A stretch of 64,000 nt of DNA from an uncultured Bacilli bacterium (GTDB taxonomy: Bacteria; Bacillota_I; Bacilli_A; RF39; UBA660). Positions 10,735 to 19,846 of the stretch are shown here, one piece after another (the first letter of the stretch is position 1; every line of letters begins with the position of its first letter). The stretch lies in assembly GCA_944372195.1 (NCBI GenBank), contig CALVYK010000001.1:47644-111643 (forward strand), given 5' to 3'. Below the pieces are notes generated by a model, which did not search any database, was not told the origin of the DNA, and saw nothing but the letters and a program-made list of their open reading frames with translations. The position numbers and the translations under genes are program-made.

Positions 10735-10797
10735 TTAATTAGTATTATAAAAATTAATTAGATTTGAATTAATCCTTTCTATAAATTTTTTAATCAT
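10735..10797 (-). pseudogene. degenerate, truncated micro-ORF copy (MIKKFIERINSNLINFYNTN)
   Basis: Retains RBS GGAGGTGATC and the conserved start region but is only 20 aa and has no recognisable minus promoter. Confidence 0.35.
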
Positions 10798-10849
10798 AGA
10801 AGATCACCTCCATATTAATGATTTTTGATGATAAAAATTATTAATACAA

Positions 10850-10957
10850 TTATTTCATATATTAAAAAAAGAGATACATTTAATTTGCAACATTAAATGT
10901 TTCCTCTATTTTGTTGGATAAAGAAAACACCATCCTTAAGTTGAACGGTGTTTTTTT
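10850..10957 (+). promoter_or_regulatory. leader copy with a strong intrinsic terminator, 85 nt upstream of FtsX permease 1
   Basis: Perfect hairpin ACATTTAAT..ATTAAATGT, then AAAACACC/GGTGTTTT plus a T7 run (10951-7). Confidence 0.55.
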
Positions 10958-10971
10958 GTTATTTAATATTA

Positions 10972-10999
10972 CAAAATTGTCACTATATAAGTCATTTAA
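10972..10999 (+). promoter_or_regulatory. conserved upstream motif copy 2 (CAAAATTGTCAC-N6-AGTCATTTAA)
   Basis: Same motif as upstream of the ATPase gene and permease 2. Confidence 0.4.
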
Positions 11000-11041
11000 A
11001 AATAATAATATTTTGTTATAATATCTTAAAGGAGTAATATT

Positions 11042-13525
11042 ATGAAAATATTAAATATTTTGACTATTAAACATTTAAAAGCAAATAAAAAAAGAACCAT
11101 TTTAACAATCATGGGAATCATGCTAGCCACTTTTTTAATGATTGAATTAGGGCTATTATTTTCTAGTTTTAGAGATAATGGAATTCGAACAACTATTAAA
11201 TATAATGGAGATTATCATGTTAATTTAAATGTGAAAAAAGAAGATTTAAATTTCATTTCTAAAAATGATAATGTTTTAGATTATAAATATAAGTCTAATT
11301 TAGGATATTCATTATATGAAGGATTACAAAATAAAAAATATCTACAAGTTTTAACAGCGTCTAAAAGTTATTTAGATGATTTAAAGTTAATTGAAGGAAG
11401 ATTACCAAATAATGAAAATGAAGTCATTATTTCAAATAATATTAAAACTGAAGGAAATGTTGATTTAAATGTTGGAGATACTATTAAATTAAATATTGGT
11501 CAAAGACAGTGTGATGGCAAATTATTAGGGGAAAGTGCTTATGTAGTTGAATATAAATATTTGAGTGATGGAACAGTAGAAATTGTAAAAGAAGAACATT
11601 TAATAAATACATCGCCAAAAGAATATAAAATTGTTGGTATCGTTGAAAAAGATATATATGAAGAATATTCTAATCCAGGATATAGTGTATTTACAATTTC
11701 AGAACCTATCGATTTATTAAATGTATATGTAAAATATAAAAATGTTTTTAAGACAATACAAAATAGTGATTCTATTATAAAAAATTTAAATTATGAAAGT
11801 GATTTAAAATATAATGATAGTTTACTTTATTATTATGGAATAGGAGAAAATAATAATTTTATTAAATTTTCAATTTCAATATTACTAATTATTTTAATAT
11901 TAATTACATTTGCAAGTGTTATTGTAATTTATAATGCTTTTGCTATATCAGTTACCGAACGAATAAAACAATTTGGTTTATTTTCAAGTATCGGCGCTAC
12001 TAAGAAACAATTAAGATATACAATATTTTTTGAAGTTTTTGTAGTAGGTACTATTGGTATTGTACTAGGATTAATTTTATCTTTTATTGGTATTAATATT
12101 ATTTTATCAATTATTAATAAATTATTAGTTAATAGTTTATCTATTCCATTAGAATTATCAATATATCCTTTATATATATTGATTTCTCTTATTTTTATTA
12201 TTTTAACTATTGCTTTAGCAGCTTATTATCCTTCTAAAAAAGCGAGTAGAGTAAGTCCTATTGAAGCAATTAGATTAAATAATGAAATTAAAATTAAAAA
12301 GTTCAGAACACCTAAATTAATTCAAAAATTAGGTATTGAAGCAGAGGTTGCTTACAAAAATATGAAAAGAAATAAGAAAAAATATAATATAACTATTTTA
12401 TCATTATTTTTAAGTATTGTTTTATATGTTTCATTTAGTTCGTTTTTAAACTATACAATTGAATCTAGTAAAGATGCTATGGATATTCCAAGTTATGATT
12501 ATTTTGTTAGATTATCTGGTAAAGATAAAAATAAAATAGATGAAATCATTAATCAAGTTTTAAATGTTGAGGGAGTAAAGCAGAATAGTTTAATTGAATT
12601 AAAAACATTAGAATCTGATTTTAATCTAGATTATTATACTGATGAAGTAATAAACGAATTTGGAATAAGTAGTAGTCCTAAACAATATGTTCATTTATAT
12701 ATGTTAGATGATAAAACATATGAACAAGTTAAAAAACAACTTAATATTAAAGATAGACCAATTTTGTTAAATTATTTAGATGAAGAGGGATGGATAAATA
12801 AAGATATCAAAGGCTTTAATTTATATAAAGATATTAGTAGTTTAAATATATATGATAATAATAATAATTTTGTTTTAGATAATATTTATATGTCTGATAT
12901 TAAAATAGAAAATGTTGAACCTTGGATTTATACATATACTTTAATTGTTGATGAAGATACATTTAATAAAATTAAAACCGATGAATATAATATAACATTA
13001 ACTTTAAATGGCGATAATTTTACTAAAGTCGATGAATTATTACATCAAGATATTTTAGATGTTAGTATTAGTACTGATAATATTAAACAAACGATGCAGG
13101 AACAATACAATACTTTATTAGCATATAAAATAATATTATATGGTTTTGTTGTTTTGATAACTTTAATCGGTGTTACTAGTGTTATTAATACAATAAATAT
13201 GAGTGTTACTTTAAGAAGACAAGAATTTGCAATGTTAAGAAGTATCGGTTTAACACCTGAAGGATTTAATAAAATGATAATTTTTGAATGTTTATTATTT
13301 GGTTTGAAATCATTAATTTATGGAATATCGATATCATTAATTATAACTTATTTATTTCATTTAGCATTTAATAAAATGGCAAAAACTAGTTTAATAATAC
13401 CATATACAAGTATAATAATATCTGTATTTAGCATATTTATAATTGTTTTAATGACTATGTGGTACACTACTAAAAAAATAAAAAAAGAAAACATTTTAGA
13501 TATTATTAGAAAAGAAAGTATTTGA
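11042..13525 (+). CDS. ABC transporter permease, FtsX/MacB-BceB family, paralog 1
   Basis: 827 aa; N-terminal TM, two large extracytoplasmic domains and two FtsX 3-4 TM bundles. Confidence 0.85.
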   Translation: MKILNILTIKHLKANKKRTILTIMGIMLATFLMIELGLLFSSFRDNGIRTTIKYNGDYHVNLNVKKEDLNFISKNDNVLDYKYKSNLGYSLYEGLQNKKYLQVLTASKSYLDDLKLIEGRLPNNENEVIISNNIKTEGNVDLNVGDTIKLNIGQRQCDGKLLGESAYVVEYKYLSDGTVEIVKEEHLINTSPKEYKIVGIVEKDIYEEYSNPGYSVFTISEPIDLLNVYVKYKNVFKTIQNSDSIIKNLNYESDLKYNDSLLYYYGIGENNNFIKFSISILLIILILITFASVIVIYNAFAISVTERIKQFGLFSSIGATKKQLRYTIFFEVFVVGTIGIVLGLILSFIGINIILSIINKLLVNSLSIPLELSIYPLYILISLIFIILTIALAAYYPSKKASRVSPIEAIRLNNEIKIKKFRTPKLIQKLGIEAEVAYKNMKRNKKKYNITILSLFLSIVLYVSFSSFLNYTIESSKDAMDIPSYDYFVRLSGKDKNKIDEIINQVLNVEGVKQNSLIELKTLESDFNLDYYTDEVINEFGISSSPKQYVHLYMLDDKTYEQVKKQLNIKDRPILLNYLDEEGWINKDIKGFNLYKDISSLNIYDNNNNFVLDNIYMSDIKIENVEPWIYTYTLIVDEDTFNKIKTDEYNITLTLNGDNFTKVDELLHQDILDVSISTDNIKQTMQEQYNTLLAYKIILYGFVVLITLIGVTSVINTINMSVTLRRQEFAMLRSIGLTPEGFNKMIIFECLLFGLKSLIYGISISLIITYLFHLAFNKMAKTSLIIPYTSIIISVFSIFIIVLMTMWYTTKKIKKENILDIIRKESI

Positions 13526-13550
13526 CAAAATAATTAATCTATAGTAAAAT
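13522..13550 (+). promoter_or_regulatory. sigmaA promoter, module copy 2 (overlaps the permease 1 stop codon)
   Basis: TTGACA, 17 nt, TAAAAT. Confidence 0.65.
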
Positions 13551-13556
13551 GTATAT

Positions 13557-13671
13557 AGATATGAATTAATTCATATACTAAAAAAAGAGATACATTTAAT
13601 TTCCTATGTTAAGTGCTTTCTCTGTTAATTTTTTGGAAAGCACCGTTCAAAGCTGATCGGTGTTTTATTTT
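13557..13671 (+). ncRNA. plus-strand leader/sRNA copy 2
   Basis: Same architecture as copy 1. Carries GTGCTTTC and GAAAGCAC, a compensatory change relative to copy 1; terminator AAAGCACCG/CGGTGTTTT. Confidence 0.55.
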
Positions 13672-13769
13672 AATCTTTGTTTTTTATTGCTAATACTGTA
13701 TAAAATACAATCATAGAAAATATTATAACTAATTGCATTTGAAGTCCTTTCATTTGTTCTGAAGGTCAT
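13665..13769 (-). CDS. micro-ORF 2 (34 aa) MTFRTNERTSNAISYNIFYDCILYSISNKKQRLK
   Basis: RBS GGAGGTGATC; paralog of micro-ORFs 1 and 3 with a C-terminal extension. Confidence 0.45.
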   Translation of the reverse strand: MTFRTNERTSNAISYNIFYDCILYSISNKKQRLK

Positions 13770-13835
13770 AAAGATCACCTCCGTTTTTACTAAAACAGAG
13801 TAAAACACCTAACTATTAAATATATCTCTAAATTA

Positions 13836-13864
13836 GTTATAAATTAATTTGATACAAAAGTCAA
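13836..13864 (-). promoter_or_regulatory. minus-strand promoter for micro-ORF 2
   Basis: -35 TTGACT (complement of 13859-64), 17-nt spacer, -10 TATAAC. Confidence 0.55.
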
Positions 13865-13888
13865 CTATAAATTAATCACTTAATATTA

Positions 13889-13917
13889 TTGACAAAATAA
13901 TTAATCTATAGTAAAAT
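13889..13917 (+). promoter_or_regulatory. sigmaA promoter, module copy 3
   Basis: TTGACA, 17 nt, TAAAAT. Confidence 0.65.
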
Positions 13918-13923
13918 GTATAT

Positions 13924-14043
13924 AGGTATGAATTAATTCATATATTAAAAAAAGAGATACATTTAATTTTGCATGTTAAGTGTTTTCCCTATATTGTTTG
14001 TGTGAAAAAACACCGTTCAAAGTTGAATCGGTGTTTTCATTTA
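13924..14043 (+). ncRNA. plus-strand leader/sRNA copy 3
   Basis: Hairpin-1 plus terminator GAAAAAACACCG/CGGTGTTTTC followed by ATTT. Confidence 0.55.
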
Positions 14044-14059
14044 AGATTAGTCCTTATTT

Positions 14060-14146
14060 TTAAGGACTAGAATTGTATAAAATACAATCATAGCAAATGC
14101 TACAATTAATTGCATTTGAAGTCCTTTCATTTATATTGAAGGTCAT
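14060..14146 (-). CDS. micro-ORF 3 (28 aa) MTFNINERTSNAINCSICYDCILYNSSP
   Basis: RBS GGAGGTGATC (14151-9); stop codon inside hairpin 14048-14069. Confidence 0.5.
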   Translation of the reverse strand: MTFNINERTSNAINCSICYDCILYNSSP

Positions 14147-14212
14147 AAAGATCACCTCCGTTTCTACTAAAACAGAGTAAAACACCTAACTATTAAACAT
14201 ATCTCTAAATTA

Positions 14213-14241
14213 ATTATAAATTAATTTAGTATAAAAATCAA
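14213..14241 (-). promoter_or_regulatory. minus-strand promoter for micro-ORF 3
   Basis: -35 TTGATT, 17-nt spacer, -10 TATAAT (complement of 14213-8). Confidence 0.55.
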
Positions 14242-14263
14242 TTATAAATTAACACAATATGAC

Positions 14264-14290
14264 AAAATTGTCACGGCATTAGTCATTTAA
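14264..14290 (+). promoter_or_regulatory. conserved upstream motif copy 3
   Basis: GACAAAATTGTCAC GGCATT AGTCATTTAA; the downstream 5'UTR is about 85% identical to 9560-9613. Confidence 0.4.
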
Positions 14291-14334
14291 TTGTAATAAT
14301 AATTTAATACAATTATTATGGAGGGAGAAATAAT

Positions 14335-16911
14335 ATGAAAATATTAAATAATTTAACAATTAAACACTTAAAAGCAAATAAAAAAAGAACTATAGTAACA
14401 ATTATAGGTATTATTTTATCAACTGCTTTAATGGTTGGAATTGGATTGTTATTTTCAACAGTAAGAGATAATTCAGTGAAAATGATCATTGAAAATAATG
14501 GTGATCATCACGTGGCAATTGAACTAGAAAAATCTAAATTAGATTTTATTGCTAAAAACGATAGTGTATTAAAATATAAATATAAATCTAGTTTAGGTTA
14601 TTCATTATATGAAGGTATTAATAATGAGTATAAACCTTATATTAAAGTATTAACAGCATCAGATGAATATTTAAATGATTTAAAACTGATAGAAGGAAGA
14701 TTACCTAATAACGAAAACGAAATAGTTATACCTGAACATTTAGAAACTAATGGCGAAGTAAAATTAAATATTGGTGATAAAATTGTTTTAAATATCGGCC
14801 AAAGAGTAGCTAATGATGGAACATTATTGGGCGACACTCCATATGTTTATGAATATTCTTGTGATGAAAATAATGTTTGTACAACAGATGTTAATAAATC
14901 AGATGAACATTTAATTAATACTGTAAAGAAAGAATATACAGTAGTAGGAATTATAGAAAGAGATATTCAAGAAGATTATCAAGATCCAGGATATAATGCT
15001 TTTACATTATCTGAACCTAGTGATTTATTAACTGTTTATGTTAATTATAAAAATATTAAAGATACATATAAAAATACCAAAATTATTGCTAAGAATTTAG
15101 GTAATGAAGAAGTATATGATAATTTATATTATGGTATAAGTTATAATGATAATTTACTGGCATTTTCTGGTGTATCTAATTATAGTAATATGATAGATTC
15201 TATGGCGTTTATTATAATTATAATTCTAGCTTTAGTTTCAATTGCTTGTATTATTGTTATATATAATTCATTTGCTATTTCGGTAATGGAAAGGAAAAAA
15301 CAATTTGGTTTATTTTCAAGTATCGGTGCTACTAAAAAACAATTAAAGCATACTGTATTTTTTGAAGCTTTTATAGTAGGTATTATTGGTATACCATTAG
15401 GTGTTTTATCAGCTTATTTAGGTATTGGAATAGTTTTAATGATCGTTAATAAATTATTACCTAATATGTTTGATTTCCCACTTGCCTTAGCGACATATCC
15501 ATTATTCATTATTATTCCAATAATATTTATGATAATAACAATATTAGTTTCAGCTTTCTTACCAGCTAGAAGTGCTAGTAAAGTAAGTCCTATTGAAGCT
15601 ATTAGATTAAATGATGATATAAAAATAAAATCAAAAAAATTAAAAACACCTAAAATAATTAAATTTTTTGGTGTTGAAGGTGAAATAGCTTATAAAAATA
15701 TGAAAAGAAATAAGAAAAAATATCGAATAACTATAATTTCATTATTTATAAGCATAGTATTATTTGTATCATTTAGTAGCTTATTAAAATATGGATTAAG
15801 AAGTGTTTATGATTATACTGAACTACCAGAATATGAATATACATTTAATATGAGTAGTGATAATAAAGAAAGTATAGATAATATAATTAATCAAGTCTTA
15901 AAAGTAGATGGTATTAGAAAATATAGTATAATTAGACCAATTTATTATTATGCTGATAAAAATGATGATTATTATACAAAAGAATTAAAAGATAGTTATG
16001 ATGAAAGTTCTTTTGAAAATGATGTTATAAATATAATGATTCTTACTTTAGATAATAAATCTTATGAACAATATAAAAAAGAAATCAAATTAAATTCAGA
16101 TTATCCAATTTTATTAAATATATTAAATAAAATAGATTATACAGATAATTCGAGAAAACAAATTAAAATAACACCTTACAATAAAATTACTTCTTTAGAA
16201 ATATTTAGTTATGATAAAAAAGTAAATCATAAATTAGAAAATATATTTATAACTGATATTTTACCATTTGGTGTTGATAATACTTATGTTAATACTATGA
16301 TGTTTGTAGTTAATGAAAGTATGTATAATGAATTAAAATATGATAATAATTATCAATTAGAAATGTGTTTAATAGCTGATAATTATGATGAATTTGATAA
16401 AATGTTAGATAGTGAAAGTAAAGAAAATATTTTAACAGATGATATAAGCATCTATACTATGAATATTAAAAAAGAAATGCAATTATTATCCAATATAGTA
16501 TTTGTTATTAAATTATTATTATATGGTTTTATTAGTTTAGTAACATTAATCGGTATTACTAGTGTAATAAATACTATTAATACTAGTATAGCTTTAAGAA
16601 AAAAAGAATTTGCCGTATTAAGAAGTATTGGACTTACTCCTCATGGATTTAATAAAATGATGTTATTTGAATGTTTATTCTTTGGACTTAAGTCATTATT
16701 ATATGGTTTACCTGTTTCATTTATAGTTATATATTTATTCCATTTATCATTTAATGGTATTGTAGCATTTGATAGTTTGTTAATACCATATGGAAGTATA
16801 TTAATAGCTATATTTGGAGTATTTATTATAGTTTTAATAAGTATGTGGTATGCTACTATAAGAATTAAAAAAGCCAATATTTTAGATGCAATAAGAGAAG
16901 AAAATATTTAA
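14335..16911 (+). CDS. ABC transporter permease, FtsX/MacB-BceB family, paralog 2
   Basis: 858 aa, about 50% identical to permease 1, same topology. Confidence 0.85.
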   Translation: MKILNNLTIKHLKANKKRTIVTIIGIILSTALMVGIGLLFSTVRDNSVKMIIENNGDHHVAIELEKSKLDFIAKNDSVLKYKYKSSLGYSLYEGINNEYKPYIKVLTASDEYLNDLKLIEGRLPNNENEIVIPEHLETNGEVKLNIGDKIVLNIGQRVANDGTLLGDTPYVYEYSCDENNVCTTDVNKSDEHLINTVKKEYTVVGIIERDIQEDYQDPGYNAFTLSEPSDLLTVYVNYKNIKDTYKNTKIIAKNLGNEEVYDNLYYGISYNDNLLAFSGVSNYSNMIDSMAFIIIIILALVSIACIIVIYNSFAISVMERKKQFGLFSSIGATKKQLKHTVFFEAFIVGIIGIPLGVLSAYLGIGIVLMIVNKLLPNMFDFPLALATYPLFIIIPIIFMIITILVSAFLPARSASKVSPIEAIRLNDDIKIKSKKLKTPKIIKFFGVEGEIAYKNMKRNKKKYRITIISLFISIVLFVSFSSLLKYGLRSVYDYTELPEYEYTFNMSSDNKESIDNIINQVLKVDGIRKYSIIRPIYYYADKNDDYYTKELKDSYDESSFENDVINIMILTLDNKSYEQYKKEIKLNSDYPILLNILNKIDYTDNSRKQIKITPYNKITSLEIFSYDKKVNHKLENIFITDILPFGVDNTYVNTMMFVVNESMYNELKYDNNYQLEMCLIADNYDEFDKMLDSESKENILTDDISIYTMNIKKEMQLLSNIVFVIKLLLYGFISLVTLIGITSVINTINTSIALRKKEFAVLRSIGLTPHGFNKMMLFECLFFGLKSLLYGLPVSFIVIYLFHLSFNGIVAFDSLLIPYGSILIAIFGVFIIVLISMWYATIRIKKANILDAIREENI

Positions 16912-16941
16912 AAAAACTAATGGGTTTCCATTAGTTTTTTG
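16912..16941. terminator. bidirectional intrinsic terminator
   Basis: AAAAAACTAATGG gttt CCATTAGTTTTTT. Confidence 0.8.
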
Positions 16942-17092
16942 GTGCATAATCTTAATAATATTAAAAGTATAATAATAGGTGATAAAACAAGAAATAAAAC
17001 AGTTGAAATAGTTAAACCAATTGCAACAATACTTAAATTTTTGATAATATCGCCTCATTTCTAATATAAAATTATAGCACACATTTCTAGTA

Positions 17093-17120
17093 TTGACAAG
17101 TTTTAAAAATATGATACAAT
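17093..17120 (+). promoter_or_regulatory. promoter of the aspS T-box leader
   Basis: TTGACA, 16 nt, TGaTACAAT. Confidence 0.6.
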
Positions 17121-17139
17121 ATATTTAATATTTGTTTGA

Positions 17140-17325
17140 AAGAGTATATATATTGATTAAATAGAGAGCTGGTGTTGGGTGAAAATCAGTTAAGAAATAT
17201 ATAGAAAGACATCAAACTATAAAATAATCGGTTAATCCCGTTAAAGATTTAAGAGCATAGAATTCTATGAAATAAGGTGGCACCGCGATATTATTCGTCC
17301 TTATATTTATAGGATTTTTTTAATT
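17140..17325 (+). promoter_or_regulatory. T-box riboswitch leader (Asp specifier GAC)
   Basis: Stem-I AGAGA; specifier context AAAGACA (GAC 17208-10); T-box sequence AAGGTGGCACCGCG at 17272-87; U-tract 17316-23. Confidence 0.75.
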
Positions 17326-17338
17326 ATGAGGAGGATTT

Positions 17339-19072
17339 ATGAAAGTAAATAATAATACAGATTTTAATATTAAAAATGTAGGTGAAGTAGTAACATTATA
17401 TGGTTGGGTTGCTAAAAAAAGAAATTTAGGTGGTTTAATATTTATTGATTTAAGGGATAGAAGCGGCATTATTCAGTTAGTTGTTAAGCCGGATAATAAA
17501 TATTACGATTTGGCTGAATCTTTAAAAAATGAATATGTTATTAAAGTAGTAGGAAGTATAACTGAAAGAGAAAGTAAAAACAAAATTTTATTAACTGGTG
17601 ATATTGAAGTTATAATTAATGAATTAGAAGTATTAAATACTAGTATCGATTTACCTTTTAATTTAAATGATACTACGGCTTTAGAAGATACAAGATTAAA
17701 ATATCGTTATTTAGATTTAAGAAGAAGTGAAATAAAAGAAAAGTTAGAAGCTAGACATAAAATTACTTTTGCAATAAGAGAATATTTAAATAAATTAAAT
17801 TTCTTAGAAATTGAAACTCCAATTTTATGTAAAAGTACACCTGAAGGAGCAAGAGACTATTTAGTTCCATCTCGTATATTTAATGGTAAATTTTATGCTT
17901 TACCTCAATCACCACAAATATTTAAACAATTATTAATGATTGGTGGTATGGAAAGATATTTTCAAATTGCTAAATGTTTTAGAGATGAAGATTTAAGAGC
18001 AGATCGACAACCTGAATTTACGCAAGTTGATATGGAAATGAGTTTTGTAACTGAAGATGATGTTATGAATCTAACTGAAGGATTAATTGCTTATATTTTT
18101 AAACAAGTAAAAAATATTGATATTAAATTACCTTTAAGAAAAATGAAATATGATGATGCAATAGAATATTATGGATCTGATAAACCTGATTTAAGATTTG
18201 ATATGAAAATTAATGACATAACTGATATTTTTAAAAATACAGAATTTACTATTTTTAAAGATGTATTAAATAATAATGGTATTATTAATTGTTTAGTTGT
18301 TAAAAATAATGCGGATAAATTTTCAAGAAAAGATATTGATAAATTAACTGATTTTGTTAAAACATATAAAGCAAAAGGTTTGGTTTATCTTAAAATAGAT
18401 AATGAAGTAACAGGAAGTATTGCTAAGGTTATCTCTTTAGAAGAATTAAACAATTTGAAATCTAAATTAAATTTAGAAAATAATGATTTAATTTTAATAA
18501 TATCTGATAAAAAACAAGTAGTAAAACAAGCATTGGGTGCTTTAAGATTACATTTAGGTAAACAATTAAATTTAATAAGTGACAATTATGAATTATTATG
18601 GGTTGTTGATTTTCCATCTTTTGAGTATAGTGAAGAAGAAAATAGATATGTAGCTTGTCACCATCCTTTTACCGCTCCAAAAGATAGTGATATCGATAAA
18701 CTATTAACTGATAAAGCTAACTGTTATTCTAAAGCTTATGACATTGTAATTAATGGTTATGAAGCTGGTGGTGGAAGCATTAGAATTCATGATCAAGGAG
18801 TTCAAAAGAAAATGTTTGAAGCATTAGAATTGACAGACGAACAAATTAAAGAAAAATTTGGTTTCTTCGTTGATGCATTAAAATACGGAACACCTCCACA
18901 TGGTGGTTTAGCGTTAGGTTTAGATAGATTAACTATGCTACTTACAAATACAGAAAATATAAGAGATGTTATTGCATTTCCTAAAACTGCTAGTGCATCT
19001 GATTTAATGAGTGAATGTCCAAATGTAGTAGATGAAAAGCAACTAAAAGAGTTAGGTATAAAAACAGTTTAG
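17339..19072 (+). CDS. aspS: aspartate--tRNA ligase
   Basis: Class II aaRS motifs (FRDEDLRADRQPEFTQVD; GGGSIRIH; GLDRL). Confidence 0.92.
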   Translation: MKVNNNTDFNIKNVGEVVTLYGWVAKKRNLGGLIFIDLRDRSGIIQLVVKPDNKYYDLAESLKNEYVIKVVGSITERESKNKILLTGDIEVIINELEVLNTSIDLPFNLNDTTALEDTRLKYRYLDLRRSEIKEKLEARHKITFAIREYLNKLNFLEIETPILCKSTPEGARDYLVPSRIFNGKFYALPQSPQIFKQLLMIGGMERYFQIAKCFRDEDLRADRQPEFTQVDMEMSFVTEDDVMNLTEGLIAYIFKQVKNIDIKLPLRKMKYDDAIEYYGSDKPDLRFDMKINDITDIFKNTEFTIFKDVLNNNGIINCLVVKNNADKFSRKDIDKLTDFVKTYKAKGLVYLKIDNEVTGSIAKVISLEELNNLKSKLNLENNDLILIISDKKQVVKQALGALRLHLGKQLNLISDNYELLWVVDFPSFEYSEEENRYVACHHPFTAPKDSDIDKLLTDKANCYSKAYDIVINGYEAGGGSIRIHDQGVQKKMFEALELTDEQIKEKFGFFVDALKYGTPPHGGLALGLDRLTMLLTNTENIRDVIAFPKTASASDLMSECPNVVDEKQLKELGIKTV

Positions 19073-19120
19073 TTGTTTTTTTTGATATTTTTTTATGGTA
19101 TAATTATATGTAGTTGATGG

Positions 19121-19846
19121 ATGGAGAATGATTATATGAATGGAAAAACAAAAATAGTTCTTAATATATTAATAATGATTCTAATTGGTATAATAATATT
19201 TTTAATACTAAGAAATTTCTTAATTGATAAACAATTAAAGGATGAAATAAATGAGACTTACAATTTGATTATTATGGATAATTATAACTACAAAGATGTG
19301 TATGAAAAGATAGATAATATAGTAACAAAAGAAGGTTATGCTATAGTAGAAGATTCAGCTAAAGATTATTTATTAGATTATTTTTTGGAAGTTTTAAATT
19401 TAGATGAAACTTACGAAAAAGTTGATATTAAAAATATGATATCAATCGAAAATATTAAAAATGATGGTAAAGAATTCAAAACCACTAAACAAACTTTGCG
19501 TGATTTAAAAGAAAATATTGAAAATATCAAAAATGAAATAATAAGTAATTTAAGTAAAGAAAAAATGATGAGTTATATAAATGATAAAAATTTAGATGAT
19601 AGCTACATTAAATTATATGAATCATTAGATTTTATAAAAGATAAAAATATCGAAAAAAGAAAAGCTCAAATAGAAGATAAAGTTAATTTATATTTATCTA
19701 AAATAAATAAAGTAGAAGAAGTAATTGATTTATTAATTAAAAATAGTTGGTCAATCGAAAATGAACAAGTAAAATTCAATGATGAAAAATTAAATATTGA
19801 ATATAATGAGATGGTGAATTCAATATATGAAGAAACCAATAATTAA
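19121..19846 (+). CDS. membrane-anchored hypothetical protein (paralog of 23224..23919)
   Basis: N-terminal TM helix; shared helical-repeat body. Confidence 0.5.
   Translation: MENDYMNGKTKIVLNILIMILIGIIIFLILRNFLIDKQLKDEINETYNLIIMDNYNYKDVYEKIDNIVTKEGYAIVEDSAKDYLLDYFLEVLNLDETYEKVDIKNMISIENIKNDGKEFKTTKQTLRDLKENIENIKNEIISNLSKEKMMSYINDKNLDDSYIKLYESLDFIKDKNIEKRKAQIEDKVNLYLSKINKVEEVIDLLIKNSWSIENEQVKFNDEKLNIEYNEMVNSIYEETNN

Noticed and set aside
10298-14334. Tandem repeats in the transporter intergenic regions considered as a CRISPR array
   Set aside because: The repeat unit is 370-420 bp, not 28-37 bp, and contains promoters, an RBS and ORFs. There are no short regularly spaced repeats and no cas genes.
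16882-17082. 66-aa minus-strand ORF after permease 2
   Set aside because: It reads straight through the strong bidirectional terminator hairpin at 16912-16941 and is Cys/Tyr/Phe-rich low complexity. It is more likely the terminator plus the aspS promoter region.
19057-19083. Possible terminator after aspS (AAAACA gtttagt TGTTTT TTTT)
   Set aside because: Only a 6-bp all-A/U stem, too weak to call with confidence in a genome this AT-rich.
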